Assembly: GCA_963707915.1 (NCBI GenBank)
Contig: OY970178.1
Span: 384,001 to 448,000 of the forward strand
Source of the DNA: Candidatus Eiseniibacteriota bacterium
GTDB lineage: Bacteria > Eisenbacteria > RBG-16-71-46
Reading direction: 5' to 3'
Length of the DNA: 64,000 nucleotides
Shown here piece after piece: positions 51,175-60,412 of the stretch. How positions within the stretch are numbered: the first letter of the stretch is position 1; each line of letters starts with the position of its first letter. The notes under the pieces were generated by a model that searched no databases, was not told the DNA's origin, and was given only the letters and a program-made list of their open reading frames with translations. The translations under genes and the position numbers were made by a program.

Positions 51175-54100
51175 ATGTCTGAAATCCACCTGGGGATATC
51201 CGGCCGTCGTTGCGCCCTCGGGCTGTTCCTGCTGTTGTCGCTCGGCGTTGTCTTCGTGGGGATCCAGGCCTGGTCCCGGGACAGGCACCACGGACGACCG
51301 CGCTCCTCGCCGCTGCCCGGGGGAAGGGCGATTCCGGCCAGTTGGTGGGCCCAGGTCCAGCAGCGCATTGCGGCCGAGGAGTACAACGCGACCCCACAAG
51401 CGGGCTTGCTCCAGGCCCCGAATCGCGCGCAGGGCTTCCGTACGATCTTCACGAGCGAGGGAATCGAGGTCGTGCCCCGGGTCGGTGCGGCGGAATGGCG
51501 CCTGCGCTGGCGAACCGTGTCGTGGGGCCGGGAAGGCGCACTTGCCACCGTGGCCACCGTGCCCCCTCGCGCACAGGAGGCGCGGGTCGAGTACGAGCGC
51601 GGGCCGCTCGTCGAGTGGTACGAGAATCGGCCCGAGGGGGTCGAGCAGGGTTTCACGATCTCGGGCCGTCCGCGAGGGGAAGGCGGGGTGCGCATCCGGG
51701 GGCGGTTCAAAGCCGAGGGATTCGAGCTGCAGCCCGCCGCGAACGAGCGAGGCCTGACGTTGCGGAACCGCGTGGATGCAGCGGTGCTCACGTACGCCGG
51801 GCTGGTCGCGCGGGACGCGCGCGGAATCGAGCTGCCCTCGCGACTTGACCTGCGGGGAAGCGACGTCGAACTGGTCGTCGACGACCGGAGCGCGCGTTAC
51901 CCCGTCACGATCGATCCGCTGCTCTCGGCCCCTTCGTGGACGCACGAGGGCGACCTGGCCAATGCCCAGTACGGCTTCTCGGTGGCGACGGCGGGCGATG
52001 TGAACGCCGACGGCTTCAGCGACCTGCTCGTGGGCGCCCCGGGCTACGACAACGGTGCCCTGAAGAGCCTCGGTCGCGCGTTCCTCTACCTGGGTGCGGT
52101 CGACGGCCCGTCCGTGGTCGCCGATTGGAGCGCGCAAGCCGGCTTCCTCGGCGGTCCGGGCGCGTTCGGGGAGTCGGTGGCGTCGGCGGGCGACGTGAAC
52201 GGCGATGGCTACTCCGATGTGATGATCGGGGCGCCCCAGATCTCGAACGGTCCGGAGGCCTCCGAGGGGCACGTGTACCTGTGGCTCGGCGGACCGAGCG
52301 GTGGCGCAGGAGGTGCCTCCGGAATGGGCGCCAACGGCACGGCAGCGAACGCCGACTGGTTCGCCCAGGCCGACCTGCACGACGCGCGCCTCGGTTACTC
52401 GATCGCGTTCACCGGCGACCTGAATGGTGACGGCTACGACGACGTCGCACTCGGCGCGCCCGGCTACTCGAACGGTGAAGCGAGCGAGGGCATGGTGTTC
52501 GTATGGTTCGGCGCCGCCACCGGCTTGGGAGCCAATGGGACGCCCGCGAACGCCGACTGGTCCGCCCAGGGCAACGCGGCGAACATCGCGTTCGGCCACT
52601 CGGTCGCGGGCGCCGGCGACGTGAACGCGGACGGCTACGCCGACCTGCTGGTGGGCGCACCGCTCGCCAACTTCGCGTTCCTCTACCTGGGCAGCGCCAC
52701 CGGGCTGGGCGCCCCGGGCACGCCGCTCAACGCCGACTGGTCGGCGAACGGCACGCAGGCCGGCGCGCAGTTGGGTTACAGCGTGGCGACGGCCGGCGAT
52801 GTCAATGCCGACGGATATTCCGACGTGATCATCGGCGCGCCCTACTACGACGATCCGACGCTCGACGAGGGCAAGGCGTTCGTCTGGCTCGGCGGACCGA
52901 GCGACCTCGGCGCCAATGGCAACCCCGCGAACGCGGCGTGGTCGTATCGCGGAGGCACCAACGCGGCAAGATGCGGATGGAGCGTGGCGACGGCGGGCGA
53001 CGTGGACGGCGACGGGTTCGCCGACGTCGTCGTCGGCGTCCCCGGGTACTCGGGCGGCCAGGACAGTGAAGGGCGCGTGGTGGCGTTCCGCGGCTCGGGC
53101 TCGGGGCTGGGCACGCTGTCGTTCTGGAGCTACCAGAGCAACCAGTCGGGCGCGCAGCTCGGCGCGTCGGTCGCGACGGCCGGCGACGTCAACGGCGACG
53201 GGTTCGCGGACATCGCCGTCGGCGCCTGGCTCTTCCACGGCGACCTCTCCGACGAGGGTCAGGCGGCCGTGTTCTTCGGCCGCGCCTACGGGCCTGAGAC
53301 AACGGCGTCCTGGATCGGCGAGAAGAACGTGGCCGGGGCCCGGCTGGGCGAGCGCGTGGCTGCCGCGGGCGACGTGAACGGCGACGGCTACAGCGATGTC
53401 CTGGTGGCCGCGCCCTACTATGACGGCGGCAACGCGGACGAGGGGCGGGTCTACCTGTTCGTCGGACAGCCCACCGGGCTGGCGCTGAACCACTCGTGGA
53501 GCGCCGAGGGCAACCAGACCTCCGCGTTCCTCGGCGGCGGGATCGGCGCGGCCGGGGACGTGGACAACGACGGCTACGACGATGTGCTGATCGGCGCCCC
53601 CCTCTACGACAGCGGCGGAATGCAGGACAACGGCGCGGTGTTCCTGTGGCGCGGCGGGCCCGCGGGGCTCGGCGTGGACGGCACGCCTGCGAACGCGAGC
53701 TGGAGACAGGACGGCACGCAGAGCGGCGAGTACCTCGGCCTGTCCGTGTCCGGTGCGGGCGACGTGAACGGGGACGGGTTCGCCGACGTGGTCGTGGGCG
53801 GCTACGGGTGGAGCAACGGCCAGGCGGGCGAGGGACACGCGCTCCTCTTCCTCGGCGCCAGCACTGGCCTGGCGGCCGCACCCGCGTGGTCGGCCGAGGG
53901 GAACCAGGCGGGGATGAGGTTCGGCTACACCGTCGCCAGCGCGGGCGACGTGAACGCCGATGGGTTCGGCGACGTGATCGTCGGCGCACCCGAGTACTCG
54001 GGGGGGCAGGCTTCGGAGGGCCGCGCGTACGTGTTCCTGGGCGTACAGGGCGGGCTCGCGGTCGTCGCGCAGTGGACTGCCGAAGGGAACGTGGCCCAGG

Positions 54101-55338
54101 CCTATTTCGGGCACTCCGCGGCCTCGGCGGGTGACGTGAACGGCGACGGCTACTCCGACGTGATCGTCGGCGCCTACGGCTACGATGGCGATCAGGTGGC
54201 CGAGGGGCGCGCGTTTGTCTACCACGGCTCCGCCGTGGGAGTCGGCGCCGCCCCCGCCTGGACCGCGGAAAGCAACCAGTCGGCCTCGCAATTCGGCATC
54301 TCCGTCTCGTCGGCAGGAGACGTGAACGGGGACGGCTACAGCGACATCGTGGTGGGCGCTCCCGGTTACCAGACCGGCGGCGTGTCCACGGGAAGCGCCT
54401 TCATCTGGCTCGGAGGCTCCAGCGGGCTGGGCGCGAACGGTTCGCCGCTCAACGCCGACTGGAACGACAACGGCGCCCAGTTGGGCGTCCAGGGCATGAG
54501 CTTCGGTGACGCGGTCGCATGCGCGGGCGACGTGGACGGCGACGGCTTCAGCGACGTCATCATCGGCGCGCCATACGCCGACGACGGCGAAGTGGATGAG
54601 GGCGCCGCGTTCGTGTTCTACGGGAACCTCGGTCACGGCATGGACCGCGCGGTGCAGCAGCGGCGCCACGACGACGCCAGCCGTGTCGGCCTGCAGAACT
54701 TCTCGAGCTCGGAGACGGCGTTCCGCATCCGCTCGCTCGCGCGCAGTGCCGGCGGCCGGGCGCACGTCCGGCTCGAGTACGAACTCCGCTCGCTCGGGGG
54801 GCCGTTCGAGCCGGGCAACGCCGGGCGAAGCCCGGCATGGAGCTCGACCGGGGTCCCGGGCGCGCGGGGGAGCGTGATCGCGCTGGACGACTACGTCGGG
54901 CTGCCGGAGGGGGGGGGTGTGATCCGCTGGCGCACGCGCGTGGTGACCGATTCTCCGCTATTCCCGCACGGCCCGTGGCTCTCGATCCCCGGCAATGGCC
55001 GTACGGAGGGCGACATCCGGCTGTTGAACGGCGTGCTGGCCGTCGGTCCACTCGCCGCCGGGGAGCTGTCGTTCGCGCTCGCCGGTCCGAACCCGTTCCG
55101 CGACCGTCTCGCGCTGTGCTTTGTCCTGCCCGCGCCCAGCCATGTACGGCTCGAAGTGTTCGATGCCGGCGGCCGCAGAGTGACCACGCTGGTGAACGGT
55201 GCGCTGCCGGCGGGAGTGCACGCAGCGGCCTGGAACGGACGAGACGACGCCGGGCATCCGTCGCCCACCGGGATCTACTTTGCGAGGCTCACCGCGGGTT
55301 CGGTTTCGCGCACGTTGAAGACGATTCGCGTCAGCTAG
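51175..55338 (+). CDS. Large secreted FG-GAP (integrin-alpha-like) repeat protein with FlgD-Ig-like C-terminus
   Basis: 14 GD[V/L][N/D]xDGxxD repeats. N-terminal domain EWY.N...GVEQGF..YPVTIDP. GAGGAG RBS. Confidence 0.92.
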   Translation: MSEIHLGISGRRCALGLFLLLSLGVVFVGIQAWSRDRHHGRPRSSPLPGGRAIPASWWAQVQQRIAAEEYNATPQAGLLQAPNRAQGFRTIFTSEGIEVVPRVGAAEWRLRWRTVSWGREGALATVATVPPRAQEARVEYERGPLVEWYENRPEGVEQGFTISGRPRGEGGVRIRGRFKAEGFELQPAANERGLTLRNRVDAAVLTYAGLVARDARGIELPSRLDLRGSDVELVVDDRSARYPVTIDPLLSAPSWTHEGDLANAQYGFSVATAGDVNADGFSDLLVGAPGYDNGALKSLGRAFLYLGAVDGPSVVADWSAQAGFLGGPGAFGESVASAGDVNGDGYSDVMIGAPQISNGPEASEGHVYLWLGGPSGGAGGASGMGANGTAANADWFAQADLHDARLGYSIAFTGDLNGDGYDDVALGAPGYSNGEASEGMVFVWFGAATGLGANGTPANADWSAQGNAANIAFGHSVAGAGDVNADGYADLLVGAPLANFAFLYLGSATGLGAPGTPLNADWSANGTQAGAQLGYSVATAGDVNADGYSDVIIGAPYYDDPTLDEGKAFVWLGGPSDLGANGNPANAAWSYRGGTNAARCGWSVATAGDVDGDGFADVVVGVPGYSGGQDSEGRVVAFRGSGSGLGTLSFWSYQSNQSGAQLGASVATAGDVNGDGFADIAVGAWLFHGDLSDEGQAAVFFGRAYGPETTASWIGEKNVAGARLGERVAAAGDVNGDGYSDVLVAAPYYDGGNADEGRVYLFVGQPTGLALNHSWSAEGNQTSAFLGGGIGAAGDVDNDGYDDVLIGAPLYDSGGMQDNGAVFLWRGGPAGLGVDGTPANASWRQDGTQSGEYLGLSVSGAGDVNGDGFADVVVGGYGWSNGQAGEGHALLFLGASTGLAAAPAWSAEGNQAGMRFGYTVASAGDVNADGFGDVIVGAPEYSGGQASEGRAYVFLGVQGGLAVVAQWTAEGNVAQAYFGHSAASAGDVNGDGYSDVIVGAYGYDGDQVAEGRAFVYHGSAVGVGAAPAWTAESNQSASQFGISVSSAGDVNGDGYSDIVVGAPGYQTGGVSTGSAFIWLGGSSGLGANGSPLNADWNDNGAQLGVQGMSFGDAVACAGDVDGDGFSDVIIGAPYADDGEVDEGAAFVFYGNLGHGMDRAVQQRRHDDASRVGLQNFSSSETAFRIRSLARSAGGRAHVRLEYELRSLGGPFEPGNAGRSPAWSSTGVPGARGSVIALDDYVGLPEGGGVIRWRTRVVTDSPLFPHGPWLSIPGNGRTEGDIRLLNGVLAVGPLAAGELSFALAGPNPFRDRLALCFVLPAPSHVRLEVFDAGGRRVTTLVNGALPAGVHAAAWNGRDDAGHPSPTGIYFARLTAGSVSRTLKTIRVS

Positions 55339-55730
55339 GAGCCGGTCCGAGCGCTCGCAAGCGCGGCGCGCATGATCCGAGGATCCGGATGGTGCGCGCC
55401 GATCTTCATTCCGGCTCGTCGGGGAGCGAGTCGGAGGCGGTGCGGGCAGCGGGCGAACTCGCCGTGCGCCGCGGTGGGCGCAGGCGAGCCGCCATTCATG
55501 CGGGCCTCCACGCGACCTTGAGCTTCAGCAGGTTCGTGCACCGTGCAGACCAGCGACCACTCCTGACCGACCCGCTCCACGCCGCGCCACGATCACCTGC
55601 GCCCGATCGTCCAGCGACGCCTTCGCCGCCATCCGCCGCGGCCCGTACGTCACCGTGCGGTACGCGTTCAACAGCAGCGTCACCATCAGCCAGCGCGGCG
55701 CTCGCGACGGAACCGCGAATGACATATAGT
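55339..55730 (-). mobile_element. Internally deleted IS1182-family remnant (MITE-like)
   Basis: N-terminal-like LMVTLLLNAY..YGPRRMA..VIVA is joined directly to C-terminal-like RGVERVGQEWSLVCTVH/NLLKL. End TCGGACCGGCTC abuts CTAG. Confidence 0.7.
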
Positions 55731-55827
55731 CGAGTGTGGCGGTGAGGGCCGTCGCCGCCGACTGGGCATCCCCCGGTGGCCGAACCGACTGCAGTCGTCG
55801 CGCCTTCGGAGCGATGCGAACAGTGGA

Positions 55828-58719
55828 GTGTCGGCCGTGCGCCTGGTCGTAGAGCTCGGACTGCTGCTGCTATCGGGTGCCACGTGTCTGCCGCGTGCGA
55901 CCCTCGCGGTCGCGGCGCCCGCCGCGGTGGCCGAAGCGGACTCGCTCGCCCGCGGAGGCCATGTGCCTGCCGCGCTCGCCACACTCGATCGCCTCCTGCG
56001 TCAGCTGCACCCGCCGGCCGATGCGCCCACGCGCCGCCGGGCCTTGCTCCTGGAGGCGCGCCTGCTGGCGCTCAGCGGGCATTCCGGGGCGGCCGAGGCC
56101 GCGGCGCGCGAGGCGCTTGCGGGCGCCGAGGCCACGGGCGACTCGGCCCAGCTCGGCGAGGCGCTGCGCTGGATGGCCTATGGCGCCGGCGCGCAGGGCC
56201 GGGTCGCCGACGCGGCCGCGCTCTGGTCTCGACTCCTGAACGTGGCGCGGGCGCGCGGGGACCGCGAGCGAGTGGGCTACGCCCATTATGGGCTGGGCTA
56301 CGCCGCCCAGATTGCCCGGGACCTGCCGCGGGCGCGTCGCGAGTACGCGCACGCGGCGGAGGTGTTCCGCGCGCTGGAGCTGGCGCCCTTCGACCAATGG
56401 GCCCTGGCGGCCCACGCCAGCGCCTGTGCTTCGCTCGGAGATTTCGGCGCCGCCCGCGCCGGCTACCGCGAGGCGATCGCGCTGGGCCGGCGGCGCGGGG
56501 ATGCGATGGGCGAGGGGAGGGCGCTCAACGATCTCGGCGCGCTCGAGTTCGAGTTCGGAGATCCGGCGTTGGCGCTCGGGCTCTACGAGCGGGCGCTGGT
56601 CGTCGCTCGTGGCCGCGGCGATGCGGCCGGCGCTCTCACTCCGCTGCGCAATGTCGCTGTGGCGCTCACATACCTCGGCCACCTCGACGATGCCGCCGCG
56701 CGGATCGAAGAGGGTCTCGGGACGAGCGGCCGGCTCGGACTGGCGGTGCAGACCTCCGAGCTGCTGGAGCAGCTGGCGTACGTCCGCGGCCAGCAGGTGC
56801 GCCTGCACGAGGCCACCCGGCTGTTCCGTCGCTGCATCGCTCTGGACGACTCGCTGGGACGGCAGGACAACGCCGAGCCGGTGCTCGGTTTGGCGGCCTG
56901 CCTCGGGGTGATGGACAGCACCGACGCCGCGCTCGAACTGCTTCGCACCCGTCTCGAGCCTCGGCGCGGGGAGCTCGGCGAGTACGATCGGCTGAAGCTC
57001 GACCGGCAGTGGGCGGAGCGGCTGGAGGAAGCCGGACGCTACCCCGAGGCGCTGGCCCATTCCCGCGCCGTGGAGCGGGCGGCGCAGCGGCTCGGGGTCG
57101 CGAGCATTCAGTTCTCGGAGCGCACGACGGCGGCGCGATGCGAACGGGCGCTTGGCAGGCCGGACCGAGCGCTCGCTCAGCTTCGGCGCGGGGCGCGCGA
57201 TTGGGAGGAATTGCGCACCACCCAGCGCGAGCCCGAGTGGCGCGAGCGCCTCGGCGACGAGCGCCGCGAGCTGTACACCGAGCTGGCCGACCTGCTGATC
57301 GAGTACCCGGCCGAACTCCCGGCCGGGGAGCGGATACGACGCGCGCTCGAGGCCGTTCAACGATTCAAGGCGCGCACGCTCTACGAACGGGCGCGCGGGC
57401 CGGCGGCAGCACCTCTGCCACCGGCAGCGTACGAAGCGGTTGGCTTGCGCGAACTGCAGACCGCTGTGCTTCGACCGGGCGAGGCGCTGGTGGATGCCTA
57501 CATCGGCCGCCGGTTGGGCATCGTCTTCATCGTCACGCGCGATACCTGCCTGGCGCGGCGGGTGCCGATCGCCGCCAGTGGTCTGGGGATGCGGCTGCGG
57601 CGGTTCCGGGAGTACCTGGCCACCCCGCCTGCCGGCGCCGGGCTCGACGGCGCGGCGCCCGGGTCCGCCGCATCGCACTCGCTCCTCACGCCCGCTGCGA
57701 AAGCGCGGCGGACGATGCTGGCCAGCGCCGCTCGCGGGATACGCCGCGAGTTGTTCGGGGATGATGCACCATGGCTCGCGCGCCAGCGTCGGCTGCTGTT
57801 CTGCCTCGACGGTCCGCTCACGGCGATTCCGCCGGGTGTGTTGATCCCGGGGAGCCCGGAGGCCGGTCCGCTCATTGGGAGCCCCGAGGTGGTGGTCGTG
57901 CCCTCGGCAACGTTGCTCGCCGAGTCGCGGCGATCTGCCACGGGCCCGCTTGTGCGCAAGCCCGGTGCCCTGCTGTTACTGGCATCGGGCTCGGGTCCAG
58001 GGCGCACCGTCCTGCGCGGCGCCGAACGCGAGGCGCGCTGGTTGGCCGGGCGATTCACGACCATCGCATCCGAGAGCCTGGCCCGCATCGCGAAGGGCCC
58101 GGATTCCGCTCCGCCCCGCTGGTTGCGCGGGTGCGCGGCGCTCCACGTGGCCGCCCACACGGAGCTCGATGACCAGCGTCCATGGCGGTCGGGTATCCGG
58201 CTCCCCGGGGTCGCGGATGCGTCCGGGGATTCGCTGCTGCGTGCCGGACGCATCGCGCTGCTGCGGCTTCCGGTCGGGCTTGCGGTGTTGTCCGCATGCG
58301 AGACGGCCGGTCAGCGCGCGCCATCCGGCGAGGGCATGCTCGGGCTTTCCAGCGGCTTCCTCGCTTCCGGCATCCCCGCGGTCGTCGCCAGCCTGTGGCC
58401 GGTCAGCGATCTTGCGACCGCCCAGCTCATGGAAGTCTTCTACGATGGACTCGACCGCGGCCTGAGTGTGGCCGCGGCGCTGCGCCGGGCGCAGCTCGCG
58501 CTGGCCGGTCGCGACCCGACCCGGGACCCGTTCTACTGGGCGGGCTTCGTCGTGATCGGCGAGGGTGACGCCCGCGCCGTGCTGCGACGCCGCCGGATCC
58601 CATCGCCGGCCAACGCGGCGGCAGCGCTTGTCCTTGCGCTGGGGGGGATTGCGGCCGTGCGCGGATGGCGAAGGCGGACGCGTGTGACGGGGCGTGTCGC
58701 TGGGACTCCAATGCTATGA
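55828..58719 (+). CDS. TPR-CHAT (caspase-like) domain protein with signal peptide and C-terminal membrane anchor
   Basis: TPR-like helices (ALNDLG, LRNVA); CHAT motifs DGPL, LHVAAH, VLSACET, GEG, SLWPVSD, FY, PFYWAGF; C-terminal TM followed by RGWRRR. Confidence 0.9.
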   Translation: MSAVRLVVELGLLLLSGATCLPRATLAVAAPAAVAEADSLARGGHVPAALATLDRLLRQLHPPADAPTRRRALLLEARLLALSGHSGAAEAAAREALAGAEATGDSAQLGEALRWMAYGAGAQGRVADAAALWSRLLNVARARGDRERVGYAHYGLGYAAQIARDLPRARREYAHAAEVFRALELAPFDQWALAAHASACASLGDFGAARAGYREAIALGRRRGDAMGEGRALNDLGALEFEFGDPALALGLYERALVVARGRGDAAGALTPLRNVAVALTYLGHLDDAAARIEEGLGTSGRLGLAVQTSELLEQLAYVRGQQVRLHEATRLFRRCIALDDSLGRQDNAEPVLGLAACLGVMDSTDAALELLRTRLEPRRGELGEYDRLKLDRQWAERLEEAGRYPEALAHSRAVERAAQRLGVASIQFSERTTAARCERALGRPDRALAQLRRGARDWEELRTTQREPEWRERLGDERRELYTELADLLIEYPAELPAGERIRRALEAVQRFKARTLYERARGPAAAPLPPAAYEAVGLRELQTAVLRPGEALVDAYIGRRLGIVFIVTRDTCLARRVPIAASGLGMRLRRFREYLATPPAGAGLDGAAPGSAASHSLLTPAAKARRTMLASAARGIRRELFGDDAPWLARQRRLLFCLDGPLTAIPPGVLIPGSPEAGPLIGSPEVVVVPSATLLAESRRSATGPLVRKPGALLLLASGSGPGRTVLRGAEREARWLAGRFTTIASESLARIAKGPDSAPPRWLRGCAALHVAAHTELDDQRPWRSGIRLPGVADASGDSLLRAGRIALLRLPVGLAVLSACETAGQRAPSGEGMLGLSSGFLASGIPAVVASLWPVSDLATAQLMEVFYDGLDRGLSVAAALRRAQLALAGRDPTRDPFYWAGFVVIGEGDARAVLRRRRIPSPANAAAALVLALGGIAAVRGWRRRTRVTGRVAGTPML
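58682..58711 (+). promoter_or_regulatory. Putative autoregulatory ECF promoter (near-leaderless sigma transcript)
   Basis: GTGTGACG-N16-CTCCAA ending 4 nt before the sigma ATG at 58716. Confidence 0.7.
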
Positions 58720-59306
58720 CTGGACCGGAATCACGACAGGTCCCCGATGCAGAGCTGGTGCGTCTTGCGCAGGCCGAACGGGGCCACGCGCGGGGACGCG
58801 CGGCGGCCGAGCAGCTCTTCGGTCGCTATCATGGGCGGGTCTTCGCGTGGTGCCTGAGGCGGGTGCGAAATCGGGACGAAGCCTACGACCTGGCGCAGGA
58901 CGTGATGTTGAATGCCTACAGGGCGCTGCCGGCCTTTGCCGGCGAGTCGAGCTTCTCGACCTGGCTCTACGTGATCGCGCGCAATCGTTGTGGGCGTGCG
59001 ATGAGGAGGATGAGCTTGGTGCGCGACGAGGCGCAGGAGCCGGACGCCCTGCCTTCCAGCGGAGCCTCTCCCGATGACGAGGTGTCGGGGCGATTGGAGC
59101 AGGAGGCCGTGCTCGACCTGATGCGCCGGCACCTCGAGCCGCGGGAGCAGATCGCACTCTGGCTGCGCTGCTACGAGGGGATGGACGTGGCGCAGATCAC
59201 TGAAGCACTCGGTATTGCCACGGCCTCGGGCGCACGTGGCATGTTGCAGACGGCGCGACGCAAGCTGCGCGCGGCGCGCGAGCACCCGTCCACGCAAGGG
59301 GAATGA
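58716..59306 (+). CDS. ECF sigma-70 factor
   Basis: Motifs DAELV, AYDLAQDV, FSTWLYVIARN, and a region 4 HTH. ATGA-coupled to the CHAT gene. Confidence 0.92.
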   Translation: MTGPESRQVPDAELVRLAQAERGHARGRAAAEQLFGRYHGRVFAWCLRRVRNRDEAYDLAQDVMLNAYRALPAFAGESSFSTWLYVIARNRCGRAMRRMSLVRDEAQEPDALPSSGASPDDEVSGRLEQEAVLDLMRRHLEPREQIALWLRCYEGMDVAQITEALGIATASGARGMLQTARRKLRAAREHPSTQGE

Positions 59307-59310
59307 CGCC

Positions 59311-60036
59311 ATGGACGACCGCTGTCCTTCCGATCCGGAATTCGCGGCAATGATCGAGCTTCCCGAGGGCGATACCGGACGCGCTCACGTGGAACGCTGT
59401 CCGCGCTGTCAGGCGCGCCTGATCGACCTGAACGCATTCCTTCGGCCCGCCACAGAAGCGGAGATCCCCGGACTCGCGTCCGTCGAACGGCGGATGGCAG
59501 CCGCGCTCGAAGCCGAGATGGAACGGGACGCGGCGTCCGCGGCCCCGCGTCCCGTCCCATCCGGGCCCGCCGATACGGCTTCAGCGCGGCCGACCCGCAC
59601 CGGGGCGCTCGTGCACCTCTGGAACCGGCCGGCCTGGGTGATGGCTGCCGCTGCTGCCGCGCTCGTGATGGTCGCCGGAGTGTTCGCGCTGTGGCCGCAT
59701 GCGCCGGGCGGCGATGCACTGAGAGGGACCTCGGGTCCCGGCAACGCCGCGAACCGTCAGGTGCACGTGTTCCCGGCCCGCATCGAGGGCGCGCGGGCCA
59801 TCCTGCGCTGGAGGGCGGTCCCCGGTGCCGACTCGTACCTGGTGAGCCTGTTCGGCTCCGACCTGGCCGAACGTGGGCGGCTCGGCCCGCTGGCCGGTAC
59901 GGCGATCGGACTTCCGCTCGACACGCTTGCCGCCGGGGGCGGACCGGCCGGACCGCTGGTGTGGCAGGTCATCGCGCTGAGAGCCGGGGACGAACTCGCA
60001 CGCTCGGCGCTGCAGACGGCGCTGCCAGAACGCTAG
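59311..60036 (+). CDS. Zinc-binding (zf-HC2/ZAS) transmembrane anti-sigma factor
   Basis: HVERCPRC (HxxxCxxC), a TM segment WVMAAAAAALVMVAGVFALW, then LRG and an FN3-like LRWRAVPGADSYLVSL. Confidence 0.82.
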   Translation: MDDRCPSDPEFAAMIELPEGDTGRAHVERCPRCQARLIDLNAFLRPATEAEIPGLASVERRMAAALEAEMERDAASAAPRPVPSGPADTASARPTRTGALVHLWNRPAWVMAAAAAALVMVAGVFALWPHAPGGDALRGTSGPGNAANRQVHVFPARIEGARAILRWRAVPGADSYLVSLFGSDLAERGRLGPLAGTAIGLPLDTLAAGGGPAGPLVWQVIALRAGDELARSALQTALPER

Positions 60037-60412
60037 TGAACAAGACTCTCTTGGGCACACTTGGCATGATGGCCCCCGGTTGGACGGTGCCCGAGTTGGC
60101 GGGCGCTCGTGGCTCCATGGGGTGCGGCTGCCCCGCCTGCCCCGATCAGGCGCCGGACCGCCGTATCAGGGAAGCGTGCGGGCCGTGGCCTCGCTCCAGG
60201 CGGCGATCGGAGCCGCAGTCTGAGCGCGGAGCAGCGCGCCGGGATGCTCCCGTTCCATGCTTTCGGGACAGGGACGCTCCATCTGGCGCTCCGCTCGCGG
60301 TCCCGGCGCCGCGATCCCGTGCCGGCGTGGCTGGGATTTGCCGGGCCGGGAGAGTCGGTCCTGGAGTAGAATAGAGGTCCCAACGAAGCCCTCTGACCCG
60401 GGAGGTCGCGCC

